A stretch of 46,596 bases of DNA from Rhodospirillaceae bacterium. GTDB taxonomy: Bacteria > Pseudomonadota > Alphaproteobacteria > MPNO01 > UBA830. The notes beneath the pieces are model-generated. The model saw only the letters and a program-made list of their open reading frames with translations, had not been told where the DNA came from and did no database searches. Shown one piece after another: positions 17,800 through 26,901 of this stretch (its first letter is position 1; each line of letters opens with the position of its first letter). Location: the NCBI GenBank assembly GCA_038120765.1, contig JAYOMI010000020.1:408-47003 (forward strand), written 5' to 3'. Position numbers and translations under genes: made by a program.

Positions 17800-19136
17800 C
17801 GATAATACGCTGCTTGCCGAAACTGGTTATTGCGGTGCTGGCGGTCGGCGTATTTGCCTCAGTCAATACCCTGCACGCGATGGATGTCCGAAAAGTGGTG
17901 TCCGACAAGGGTATCGTCGCATGGTTCGTGCCTGATACATCGGTTCCGCTGGTGGCCGTAAGTTTCGCTTTCCGCAATGCCGGTTCTGTAACGGACCCCG
18001 ACGGCAAGGAAGGCCTGGCCGAGATGACGTCCGGACTGCTCGATGAAGGTGCTGGTGATCTGAAATCGCAGGCGTTCCAGCGGTCCCTCGAGGAAATTGC
18101 GGCACAGATGTCGTTCAGTGCGGGCAGGGATACGTTTACGGGTCAACTGCGCACGCTTGCGGCGGAGCGCGACAGGGCTTTCGATCTTTTGAAGCTGGCG
18201 TTGAATGCGCCCCGGTTCGACGATGCTCCTGTCAAACGCATCCAGTCGCAGATGCTCGCCTCGCTGCGTCAGCAGTCAAAGAATCCGCAGAAGATATCGG
18301 GCCGGCTCTGGTCCGAGACGGTTTTCCCGGGACATCCCTATTCTAAACCCTCTGACGGCACCGAAAAGACGGTCGCGACGCTCACGGTCGACGATCTGAA
18401 ATCTTTTGTCCGTGACCGCTTCACCCGTGATCGGCTTGTTATCGGCGTTGTCGGCGACATTTCGGAAGAAGAACTGAAACGCCGTCTGGACAGCGTGTTC
18501 GGCGATCTGCCGGCCAAAGGTCCGATATTTGCGATCCCCGAAACCGCGCCCGCCGGCAGCGGAAAGACCCTCATTGTGCGCAAGCAGATACCGCAGAGCA
18601 TCATGATCCTCGGACATGCCGGGATAAAGCGCGCCGACCCCGATTGGTATGCGGCGTTGCTGGTGACGCGGGTGTTCGGCGGCGGGGGGCTGAGTTCGCG
18701 CCTGTATGAGGAAATCCGCGAAAAGCGCGGGCTCGCCTACTCGGTCTATGCTTATCTCAGTCCGATGGAACATTCGGCGCTTCTCGCCGGGGGCGTTGCC
18801 ACGCAGAATGCGCGCGCGGCGGAATCGCTGTCGGTAATCCGGGCGGAGTGGCGGAAGCTTGCGGAGTCCGGCATCACTGCGAAAGAGCTGGAGACGGCGA
18901 AAACCTATATGAACGGATCCTTCCCGCTCCGTCTGGGATCGAGCCGCAGTATCGCAAACATGCTGGTCGGCATTCAGATATCGGATCTGGGCATGGACTA
19001 TATTAAAAACCGGCCTTCGCTCATCAACGCCGTCACCCTCGAGGCGGTGAACGCAGTGGCAAAACGGCTTTATAAGGCGAAAGACCTGACGGTCGTCATT
19101 GTCGGCGACCCGCAGGGCATCGACGAAACACGCTAG
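17796..19136 (+). CDS. M16 family peptidase, non-catalytic partner subunit
   Basis: M16 fold without an HxxEH motif. ATGA start/stop overlap with the preceding M16 gene. Signal peptide present. Confidence 0.8.
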   Translation: MTIIRCLPKLVIAVLAVGVFASVNTLHAMDVRKVVSDKGIVAWFVPDTSVPLVAVSFAFRNAGSVTDPDGKEGLAEMTSGLLDEGAGDLKSQAFQRSLEEIAAQMSFSAGRDTFTGQLRTLAAERDRAFDLLKLALNAPRFDDAPVKRIQSQMLASLRQQSKNPQKISGRLWSETVFPGHPYSKPSDGTEKTVATLTVDDLKSFVRDRFTRDRLVIGVVGDISEEELKRRLDSVFGDLPAKGPIFAIPETAPAGSGKTLIVRKQIPQSIMILGHAGIKRADPDWYAALLVTRVFGGGGLSSRLYEEIREKRGLAYSVYAYLSPMEHSALLAGGVATQNARAAESLSVIRAEWRKLAESGITAKELETAKTYMNGSFPLRLGSSRSIANMLVGIQISDLGMDYIKNRPSLINAVTLEAVNAVAKRLYKAKDLTVVIVGDPQGIDETR

Positions 19137-19186
19137 AGTCCGCGCGTTTTTATCGGTCTGCTCAGATTTATACACAGAGCGTGACC

Positions 19187-19207
19187 GGGCGGTTTACTCG
19201 CCCTTTT
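19187..19207 (+). terminator. Weak rho-independent terminator candidate
   Basis: GGGCG-gtttact-CGCCC followed by TTTT, 50 nt after the M16 partner gene stop. Confidence 0.35.
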
Positions 19208-19258
19208 CATGATTCGCCGTCATGACCTAAGGTGCAGGTTAGACAGGGATATCTGCAT

Positions 19259-20572
19259 ATGACTTTGCCATACACTCAGGACCTCACCGATTGTTTCGCC
19301 GCTGAAATCGGCGATGGTGGACTGGACATCGCCAGCTTCGAGGGCTACCTCGCCGACTCCGAGAAAGCGCTGCAGAAGCTGCGCGCTGCATATACCGGGA
19401 ATTCGCTGCCGTTGCTCCGTCTGCCCGAGACCCGCGATGATTTCCCTTCTATCCATGAAATCGCCGACCGGTTTCGCGCTTCATTTGACGACGTGGTCGT
19501 ACTCGGTACCGGCGGCTCTTCCCTGGGCGGACAGACGCTGTGTTCGGTAGCGGGGACCGGATTGGGCAGGCTTCCCGGTGCGCCCCGTCTGCATTTTATG
19601 AGCAACGTCGACCCGGATACCTTTGACAAGCTGATCGCCGGTCTCGACTGGAAGAGAACAGGCGTCATCGCCATTTCCAAATCCGGGTCGACGGCGGAAA
19701 CACTGCTTCAACTGGTTGCTCTGATCGAAGCGCTGATCGGCGAGGTCGCCAAAGAAAAAATCGCAGACCATCTCGTTGCTATTACCGAACCCACTGAAAA
19801 TCCGCTCGCCAGGATTGTGCGGCAATATGGGTGTGCCGTTCTCGATCACGATCCGGATGTGGGGGGACGCTATTCCGTTCTTTCAGTCACCGGTCTGTTG
19901 CCGGCTGCCATCGCCGGGTTCGATATCGGGCGATTGCGTGATGGCGCACGCATGGTGATCGAACAAATGCTCTCCGGCGATCCAGTGCGCGATTTCGCGC
20001 CTGCCGCCGGGGCGGCGGTTTCTATCGGCCTCAATCGTTACGTCGGGGCCGATATCAGCGTATTGATGTCCTATTGCGACCGTTTGGCTGACCTGGGTCT
20101 GTGGTACTGCCAGCTCTGGGCGGAAAGCCTCGGCAAAGACGGGAATGGCACCACGCCCGTCCGGGCGGTGGGGACGGTCGACCAGCACAGTCAGCTGCAG
20201 CTCTATCTGGACGGCCCGGCCGACAAGATGATTTCGTTTATCTTTACGGAGACGGGCGGGCAGGGCGCACGGGTGCCGGACAGTATTTCGGCGCTCGATG
20301 GGCTGTCTTATCTAAAAGACCGGACGATGGGCGACCTATTTGCGGCTGCCGGGCGCGCGACGGCGGAAACCCTGGCAAATAACGGCCGGCCAACGCGGGT
20401 GTTCAATGTCCCGCAGGTTGACGAACTCTCGCTGGGGGCGCTGATGATGCATTTCATGCTCGAGACGGTCATCGCCGCCGATCTGATCGGCGTCAACGCG
20501 TTCGACCAGCCGGCGGTCGAGGAAGGCAAGATTCTCGCGCGTGAATACCTCCAAAAGGGCGTAAGCCTTTGA
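19259..20572 (+). CDS. pgi: Glucose-6-phosphate isomerase
   Basis: SIS-domain motifs [14 protein letters not shown] and [11 protein letters not shown]. Start taken at ATG 19259. Confidence 0.85.
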   Translation: MTLPYTQDLTDCFAAEIGDGGLDIASFEGYLADSEKALQKLRAAYTGNSLPLLRLPETRDDFPSIHEIADRFRASFDDVVVLGTGGSSLGGQTLCSVAGTGLGRLPGAPRLHFMSNVDPDTFDKLIAGLDWKRTGVIAISKSGSTAETLLQLVALIEALIGEVAKEKIADHLVAITEPTENPLARIVRQYGCAVLDHDPDVGGRYSVLSVTGLLPAAIAGFDIGRLRDGARMVIEQMLSGDPVRDFAPAAGAAVSIGLNRYVGADISVLMSYCDRLADLGLWYCQLWAESLGKDGNGTTPVRAVGTVDQHSQLQLYLDGPADKMISFIFTETGGQGARVPDSISALDGLSYLKDRTMGDLFAAAGRATAETLANNGRPTRVFNVPQVDELSLGALMMHFMLETVIAADLIGVNAFDQPAVEEGKILAREYLQKGVSL

Positions 20573-22383
20573 TCCTTCGCCGCCTGCCCGAGACGCTGGT
20601 CAATCGCATCGCCGCTGGCGAGGTGATCGAACGGCCCGCCGCGGCGGTAAAGGAGTTGGTTGAAAACGCGATCGATGCCGGCGCGCGTCATATCGACGTG
20701 GTGCTTGAAGACGGCGGCCGGGTCCTGATCTCGGTCACGGATGACGGGTGCGGGATGACGGCGGATGAACTTGAACTTGCCGTTGAGCGTCACGCCACGT
20801 CGAAACTGCCCGATGACGATCTGGTGGATATCCGGACACTCGGGTTTCGCGGCGAAGCCCTGCCGTCAATCGGAGCCGTGTCGCGGCTGTCCATCACCAG
20901 TCGTGCGGCGGGTGCATCGGCAGCCTATGCAATTGTTGTTGAAGGCGGACGCAAGGAGAAGCCGCGGCCTGCGGCGCTTGGCGCCGGAACGCGTATCGAC
21001 GTCCGCGATCTGTTTTACGCCACCCCGGCGCGGCTGAAATTTCTGAAAACGCCTCGTACCGAAGTCGACCATGCGGCCGATGCGATCAAGCGTCTTGCGA
21101 TGGCCCATCCCGAGGTGGCGTTTTCGCTGTCGGATGAAGACCGGACGCGTTTTCGCTACGGTCCGGCCCAGGGCGACCTCTTGACCGCGCGGCTTGATCG
21201 CCTTTCCGCGGTGATGGGTCGTGAATTTGCCGACAATGCCGTCGCGGTCGAGGCGGAGCGGGGCGGAATCCTTCTCAGCGGCTATGCCGGTGTGCCGACG
21301 CTTAACAGGGGAAATGCACGCGCCCAGTATCTGTTCGTAAACGGACGGCCCGTTCAGGATCGATTGCTTGTCGGCGCGGTACGCGGCGCTTACCAGGATT
21401 TTCTTGCGAGGAACCGCCATCCGATGGTCGCGCTGTTCCTCGATGTGCCGCCGGAATGCGTCGACGTGAACGTGCACCCCGCGAAAGCAGAGGTCCGGTT
21501 CCAGGATGCGGGCCTTGTCCGCGGGCTGATCGTCGGCGGCCTGCGCCGTGCGTTGGCGGCCGGCCACAAGGCCTCCACGACGGTCGCGATATCGGCGCTG
21601 GGTGCATTCCACCCCGGCATGGGCGTTGCCGGCGGCGGATCGATGCCGTGGCGGCAGTCTTCGGCGTTGCCGCGGGAACTGGCGGAGATTGCGGCGGCGT
21701 ATCAGGCGCCTGCATCGACCGGTATGCTGGAGGCCTTCGACACACCGTCTGCCCGCGTAACGGATAGCGGAAGTTCACAGCCCCACACCGCGCCGCCTCA
21801 GAACTTCCCGTTGGGTGCGGCCCGGGCACAGGTCCACGAAACCTATATCGTGGCCCAGACGGCGACAGGCATTGTGATTGTCGATCAGCATGCGGCGCAT
21901 GAAAGGCTCGTCTATGAGCGCATGAAGAAAGCGCTCGCGGACGGCGGCGCAAAGCGCCAGGGCCTCTTGATCCCGGAAGTCGTTGAATTGGATGAAGCCG
22001 CCGTTGATCGATTGTGCGAACGCATGGCCGAGTTCGAGGAACTGGGGCTTTCCATCGAAAAATTCGGCCCCGGCGCGGTCGTGGTGCGGGAGATGCCGGC
22101 TTTGCTCGGGCAGGCGGATGTAAAAGGCCTTTTGAAAGACCTCGCCGACGACCTCGAGGAGTTCGGCGCGGGTCTTGCCCTGAAGGAGCGGCTGGAAGAC
22201 GTGTGTTCCACCATGGCCTGCCACGGCAGCGTCCGCGCCGGCCGCCGGCTTTCTCCGGAAGAGATGAATGCCCTGCTGCGCGAGATGGAAGTGACCCCCC
22301 ATTCCGGGCAATGCAACCATGGCCGACCGACCTATGTCGAACTGAACCTGACGGATATAGAGCGACTGTTCGGTCGCCGCTGA
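20569..22383 (+). CDS. mutL: DNA mismatch repair protein MutL
   Basis: N-terminal GHKL ATPase motif [26 protein letters not shown] and a C-terminal dimerisation domain. The TTG start overlaps the pgi stop (TTGA). Confidence 0.95.
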   Translation: MILRRLPETLVNRIAAGEVIERPAAAVKELVENAIDAGARHIDVVLEDGGRVLISVTDDGCGMTADELELAVERHATSKLPDDDLVDIRTLGFRGEALPSIGAVSRLSITSRAAGASAAYAIVVEGGRKEKPRPAALGAGTRIDVRDLFYATPARLKFLKTPRTEVDHAADAIKRLAMAHPEVAFSLSDEDRTRFRYGPAQGDLLTARLDRLSAVMGREFADNAVAVEAERGGILLSGYAGVPTLNRGNARAQYLFVNGRPVQDRLLVGAVRGAYQDFLARNRHPMVALFLDVPPECVDVNVHPAKAEVRFQDAGLVRGLIVGGLRRALAAGHKASTTVAISALGAFHPGMGVAGGGSMPWRQSSALPRELAEIAAAYQAPASTGMLEAFDTPSARVTDSGSSQPHTAPPQNFPLGAARAQVHETYIVAQTATGIVIVDQHAAHERLVYERMKKALADGGAKRQGLLIPEVVELDEAAVDRLCERMAEFEELGLSIEKFGPGAVVVREMPALLGQADVKGLLKDLADDLEEFGAGLALKERLEDVCSTMACHGSVRAGRRLSPEEMNALLREMEVTPHSGQCNHGRPTYVELNLTDIERLFGRR

Positions 22384-22405
22384 GATATCCGGCAGGGGCT
22401 TCCTT

Positions 22406-23830
22406 CTAGGTACCGGTATCACCTTCTTCGACAGCAGGCATGAAGCCCCGCCGTTCCAATTGCCTGAACCGTCTGGTCAGGAGGAATGCGGCACTGGCGA
22501 GTCCGAGAACGAATCCCATCCAGAGACCAGCGGCCTCGAAGCCGCCTGCGAATGCAAGGGTAAGCCCGCTTGTCAGGCCGATGCCCCAATAGCTGAACGC
22601 GGCGATGGCCATCGGCCAGGTCGTATCGCTGAGGCCGCGTAGCGCGCCCGCGGCGACGGCCTGAATGCCGTCCGCAGCCTGGAAGAAGGCAGCGTAGATC
22701 AGGTAAGACGAGGCAAGGGCCAGCACTGCCGCGCTGTCCGGGCGGGCGCCATCCAGATAGATGGATGCAAAGGTCTCCGGTATCGACAGCACGATGGCGG
22801 TCATCACCGACATAAAGGCGAGCGCGATCGAAACGGCGACCCACCCTGACCGGTATGCGCCGCGAACATCGCGCCGGCCGACAGCCTGCCCTACACGAAC
22901 GGTTGCGGCCTGTCCCAGCCCCATCGGCACCATGAAGGTGATGTGCGGCATCTGCAGCGCGATCATGGTCGCGGCGATGGCATGCGCGCCGAACTGGCCG
23001 ACGATAAAGATCGAACTGAAGAAGAACCCGGCTTCCAGCAGGCTCATTGCCGCGATTGGCAGCCCGATGCGGAATATCTGGCGGAACTGGAACCAGTCCG
23101 GCCGCCAGAACCGCCCGAGGATAGCATAGCGCCTGAACGGTTTCGCGAAGACAGCGACGGCGAGCAACACCAGGAACATAAGCCAGTTGACGATCGATGT
23201 CGCGATACCCGCACCGACGAGTTCAAGCCGAGGGACGCCGAAATTACCGAAAATCAGGGCATAATCCAGCAGCCCGTTCAGCGGCACGCCGGCCAGCATG
23301 ACCCAGAGCGCCGGAGTTGGACGGTTCAGCGATGAAATAAAGTTCCGGACCACGGCGAACCCGATGCTCGGCATCAGGCTCCACATCAGCGTGCTCATAT
23401 AGGCGTCTGCGTGGGGCAGAATTTCCGGCGGTTGCGACATCATGCCCAGCAGGTCCGGCGTATACCTGAACGCGATCAAGGCCGGCATCGTCAGGATGAT
23501 TGTCACCCAGAAACCCTGCCGGATCACACGGCGGATCATTCGCGGCTTGCGCGCGCCGAAAGCCTGCGAGGCAAGTGTGGCCGTTGCCATGATGACGCCG
23601 AAGCAGAGGACCTATGTCAGAAAAAAGACCATCAGGCTGAGCGATGCACCGGCGAGTGCGTCCGGTCCGAGACGGCCGATCATGGCAGTGTCGGTGGTCA
23701 GCATCGCGACCCATGCAAGTTGCGTGAAGACAATCGGTGCGCCGATCCGGGCCATTTCTGCCAGCTCAATTCGCCAGAACGGTCTCGATCGCATTTGATC
23801 GCCCGGCAGGTGTGCAGAATTACGCGTCAT
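22406..23830 (-). pseudogene. MATE family efflux transporter interrupted by one in-frame TAG
   Basis: ORFs 23612-23830 and 22406-23590 are in the same frame. They read ...LSLMVFFLT-TAG(23614-23612)-VLCFGVIMATATLASQAFGARK..., continuous across a MATE TM1-TM2 region. Confidence 0.8.
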
Positions 23831-23854
23831 ATCGATATGTCCAGTTCAGGAATC

Positions 23855-23880
23855 AAAAAGGGCGAACCGCCGGTTCGCCC
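23855..23880 (-). terminator. Rho-independent terminator (minus strand)
   Basis: GGGCGAACC/GGTTCGCCC hairpin at 23860-23880. The A5 at 23855-23859 gives a U-run on the minus strand. It lies after the rsmD-side array and before the MATE gene. Confidence 0.6.
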
Positions 23881-23911
23881 TCCACATGCCGTTATTGTTT
23901 CCGGATTACGG

Positions 23912-24058
23912 CTATGAAAGGCGGAAGTGTGCCGGGAATACCGGACCGAATACCGGTGCGGCCAGCATCACAATGCCGACCATGACCGGGGTCCGGCCGT
24001 TTTCGGTCATCGGGATTTCCGGCAAGAAATCCGGGAAGATATGACGTGTCTGATCCAT
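23912..24058 (-). CDS. Possible 48-aa small membrane protein
   Basis: MDQTRHIFPDFLPEIPMTENGRTPVMVGIVMLAAPVFGPVFPAHFRLS. Below the ORF-track cutoff. GC-rich third codon positions and one hydrophobic segment. No clear SD. Confidence 0.2.
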   Translation of the reverse strand: MDQTRHIFPDFLPEIPMTENGRTPVMVGIVMLAAPVFGPVFPAHFRLS

Positions 24059-24133
24059 AACGCCACGTGTATAGGGGCTCAGTTGGTCAAATGGAAGTAA
24101 AAATACGGGCTGACTGAATAAACCGTCGGGCGA

Positions 24134-24709
24134 TCAGGTCGTCGAACCTTGGTATCGCAGGAAGTGAACTCTCGCGGCACCATATTTTCGTGAGTCCAGT
24201 TTCTCGAAATCTTCCGGGAAATCCGGAATCGCGCCGGCTTCTGTTTCGACCACGCAGATTGCGCCTGCCGCGATCCACCCTGCATCGCGGAGCGCTGAAA
24301 GGGCCGGTGCGGCGAGCCCCGCCTTGTAGGGAGGGTCCAGCAATACAAGCCCGCAGGCTTCAGGCGGGCGAACTGGTTTCAGGCAGTCGCCCTGCAGAAC
24401 GTCCGCCGCCGACCGTTCGCCCAACGCGTCGAGATTCTGTCGGCAGAGTGCGAGGGCCACACGGTTCCTGTCCATGAAGGTCGCATGCGCGCCGCCGCGG
24501 CTCAGCGCTTCGAGGCCGAGTGCGCCGGTGCCGCAAAACCCGTCGAGGATCCGCGCGCCCGCCACCACGGAGAGCCCGCCGGGCCCCCAGTCCCTGTGCT
24601 CGAGAATGTTGAAGACGGATTCGCGTACCCGGTCCGATGTGGGACGGATCTCGGTGCCCTCGGGGGCATGAATGACGCGGCCTCTATGCCTGCCGGCCAC
24701 GATGCGCAT
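24134..24709 (-). CDS. rsmD: 16S rRNA (guanine966-N2)-methyltransferase
   Basis: MRIVAGRHRGRVIHAP..., DGFCGTGALGLEALSRG and LDPPY motifs. Confidence 0.85.
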   Translation of the reverse strand: MRIVAGRHRGRVIHAPEGTEIRPTSDRVRESVFNILEHRDWGPGGLSVVAGARILDGFCGTGALGLEALSRGGAHATFMDRNRVALALCRQNLDALGERSAADVLQGDCLKPVRPPEACGLVLLDPPYKAGLAAPALSALRDAGWIAAGAICVVETEAGAIPDFPEDFEKLDSRKYGAARVHFLRYQGSTT

Positions 24710-25439
24710 TGGATGTATCCAGGCCGAGTTGATCTTTCAGGGTACGTCGGGGCACTTCCTCGACGCCGCCGCGGCCGAGCTGGCCCAGCTGGAACGGACC
24801 ATAGGCGGTGCGGATCAGGCGGTTCACCGGATATCCCAGATGTTCGAATACTTTTCGAATCTCGCGGTTCTTGCCTTCGCGCAGCGCCACCGTTACCCAG
24901 GCGTTTCTGCCCTTGTCGCTGTCTATGGTGGCCTCGATCGCCCCGTATTTCATACCTTCTACCGTTATTCCCTTGGCGAGCAGGGCAATTTCTTTCTCGG
25001 TGGGGGTACCGAACATGCGGACGCGATAGCGCCGGACCCAGCCCGTTTCAGGCAGCTCTAGCCGCCGGGCGATGCCGCCGTCATTTGTCAGCAGCAACAG
25101 TCCTTCGGAATCGAAATCCAGACGGCCGACGGACATGACACGCGGCAGATGCGTCGGCAGCCTTTCGAAAACCGTCGGGCGGCCGCGCGGGTCGCTGTTG
25201 CTGCAGATCAGGCCGGCAGGTTTGTGATACCGCCACATCCGGGTGGCCTGCGGCGCTGCAATGGGTTTCCGGTCCACGCGGATATCGCATGTGTCGGTGA
25301 CCAGGGTCCCCGGTTCCGAAATTTTCTTGCCGTTCACCCAGACCCGGCCGTCGGCAATCCAGCGTTCGGCCTCACGGCGCGAACAGACGCCTGCGCGCGA
25401 CAGTCGTTTCGCGATACGTTCGCCTTCTTTATCGGTCAT
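24684..25439 (-). CDS. Pseudouridine synthase, RsuA/RluB family
   Basis: S4 domain RLSRAGVCSRREAERWIADGRVWVNGK and catalytic GRLDFDSEGLLLLTNDG. The ATG at 25439 overlaps the upstream gene's stop as ATGA. Confidence 0.85.
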   Translation of the reverse strand: MTDKEGERIAKRLSRAGVCSRREAERWIADGRVWVNGKKISEPGTLVTDTCDIRVDRKPIAAPQATRMWRYHKPAGLICSNSDPRGRPTVFERLPTHLPRVMSVGRLDFDSEGLLLLTNDGGIARRLELPETGWVRRYRVRMFGTPTEKEIALLAKGITVEGMKYGAIEATIDSDKGRNAWVTVALREGKNREIRKVFEHLGYPVNRLIRTAYGPFQLGQLGRGGVEEVPRRTLKDQLGLDTSNAHRGRQA

Positions 25440-26152
25440 GCGTAGGCTTCTGCAGCATTGATGAATGCCTTGAATATAAGCGCATCTGCCGGATCGATGG
25501 AGAATTCCGGGTGCCATTGTACACCGAGACAGAAGGCATACCCCGCTGCCTCAATGCCCTCGATTACGCCATCGGGCGCGACACTGTTGATCGTGACGTT
25601 CTTGCCCACATCCTTGACGGCCTGGTGATGTGCCGAATTCACCGACAGCTTCGTATTGCCGGCGATACGATGAAGCAGGGTGCCTTCCGTCACCGTGACG
25701 GCGTGTCCTGCTTCGTCACGGGGGTTAGGTTGTTCATGGGCGAGCGGATTGTCGATCTCGTCGGGGATATGCTGGATCAGCGAGCCGCCGAGCACGACGT
25801 TCAGCAGTTGCTGGCCGCCACAAATGCCGAGGACCGGCATGTCGCGTTTCAGCGCGCCTTCGGTGACCGCCCATTCGAAATCGGTCCGGGCCGCTTTGAC
25901 GACAACGGAGGGGTGGCGCGCCTCTGCCCCGAAAAGGGCGGGATCGACGTCAAAAGCGCCGCCTGTGACGACAAGTCCCGAAATCAGGTCGAGATAGTCG
26001 TCCACGCGATCCAGTTCATGGGGCAGCATGACCGACAGGCCGCCCGCGTCGGAAACCGCGGAAGAATAGTTTTCGCGGATCGCGTACCACGGAAATTTTG
26101 AGTAGGTGCCCGGTTCCTCGGAATCCAGCGTGATACCGATCAGCGGGCGCAT
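25436..26152 (-). CDS. Class I glutamine amidotransferase, gamma-glutamyl-GABA hydrolase (peptidase C26) family
   Basis: MRPLIGITLD..., nucleophile elbow GICGGQQLLNV, and GVQWHPE. Confidence 0.85.
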   Translation of the reverse strand: MRPLIGITLDSEEPGTYSKFPWYAIRENYSSAVSDAGGLSVMLPHELDRVDDYLDLISGLVVTGGAFDVDPALFGAEARHPSVVVKAARTDFEWAVTEGALKRDMPVLGICGGQQLLNVVLGGSLIQHIPDEIDNPLAHEQPNPRDEAGHAVTVTEGTLLHRIAGNTKLSVNSAHHQAVKDVGKNVTINSVAPDGVIEGIEAAGYAFCLGVQWHPEFSIDPADALIFKAFINAAEAYA

Positions 26153-26164
26153 GTCAGCCTGCCT

Positions 26165-26896
26165 TTATCGACCGGAGCGGTAAGCGCTCTCTTCGCGGAG
26201 CCAGTGATCGGCATAATCGACGTCTTTCCAGTCTTCGAACCAAGGTCCGCCGCGAGTATAATGGATTGCCGATGGTGTGCCACGTTTTGGCTTATCGTTC
26301 CAGCCTTCAAGCCAGTTCCATGTTTCAGGCAAAGCGCCGATCAGTGAGTCGTCGAGCCAGCCGAAGCGGTGCAGGTATTTCCCGGTTTCCCGGTTTGCAA
26401 GCTCCGGGGTAAGCGCCCGGTTGGCTTCATGACCGCAATTGAACAGGATCATCGATGACCAGTTCTTGCGCGGGTACAGCGTCTGCTGCTGGCCCTCCAT
26501 CTTGTGCCGTTCTGTCGGCCGGTGATCGTGATGCACGCACATGGCCGCGAAACGGTCGTCGGACAAAGCAATTAGGTCCGCAATGTCCGAGAGCCACAGG
26601 AAATCGCAGTCGCAGAATATTGCCCAGCCCCGGTAGCCGGTCAGATAAGGCACAAAGAAGCGGGTATACGTAAAATCGGTCGAGGCCAGCGGGTCCACCC
26701 CCCGCGTATATACGCCCTGCGCCCGAAGCGAGTCCTGAACCAGCGGCTCGATATCGAGGGGAATCGATGCGTTGCGGAGCAACGACTGACGGCACACCTG
26801 ATAGGCGATATCCTCGCGACGATCGTAGCCCACATAGACCGGGAATGCGGTTGTGGAAACGCTTGGTTCACTGCGGAGCGGCCGCGTCATTTCCAT
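26165..26896 (-). CDS. GT8-like nucleotide-sugar glycosyltransferase (putative)
   Basis: DxD-type motif in AIFCDCDFLW. The overall pattern (TRFFVPYL, NWSSMILFN) resembles small GT-A transferases. The family call comes from memory only. Confidence 0.55.
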   Translation of the reverse strand: MEMTRPLRSEPSVSTTAFPVYVGYDRREDIAYQVCRQSLLRNASIPLDIEPLVQDSLRAQGVYTRGVDPLASTDFTYTRFFVPYLTGYRGWAIFCDCDFLWLSDIADLIALSDDRFAAMCVHHDHRPTERHKMEGQQQTLYPRKNWSSMILFNCGHEANRALTPELANRETGKYLHRFGWLDDSLIGALPETWNWLEGWNDKPKRGTPSAIHYTRGGPWFEDWKDVDYADHWLREESAYRSGR

Positions 26897-26901
26897 TTAG
26901 C

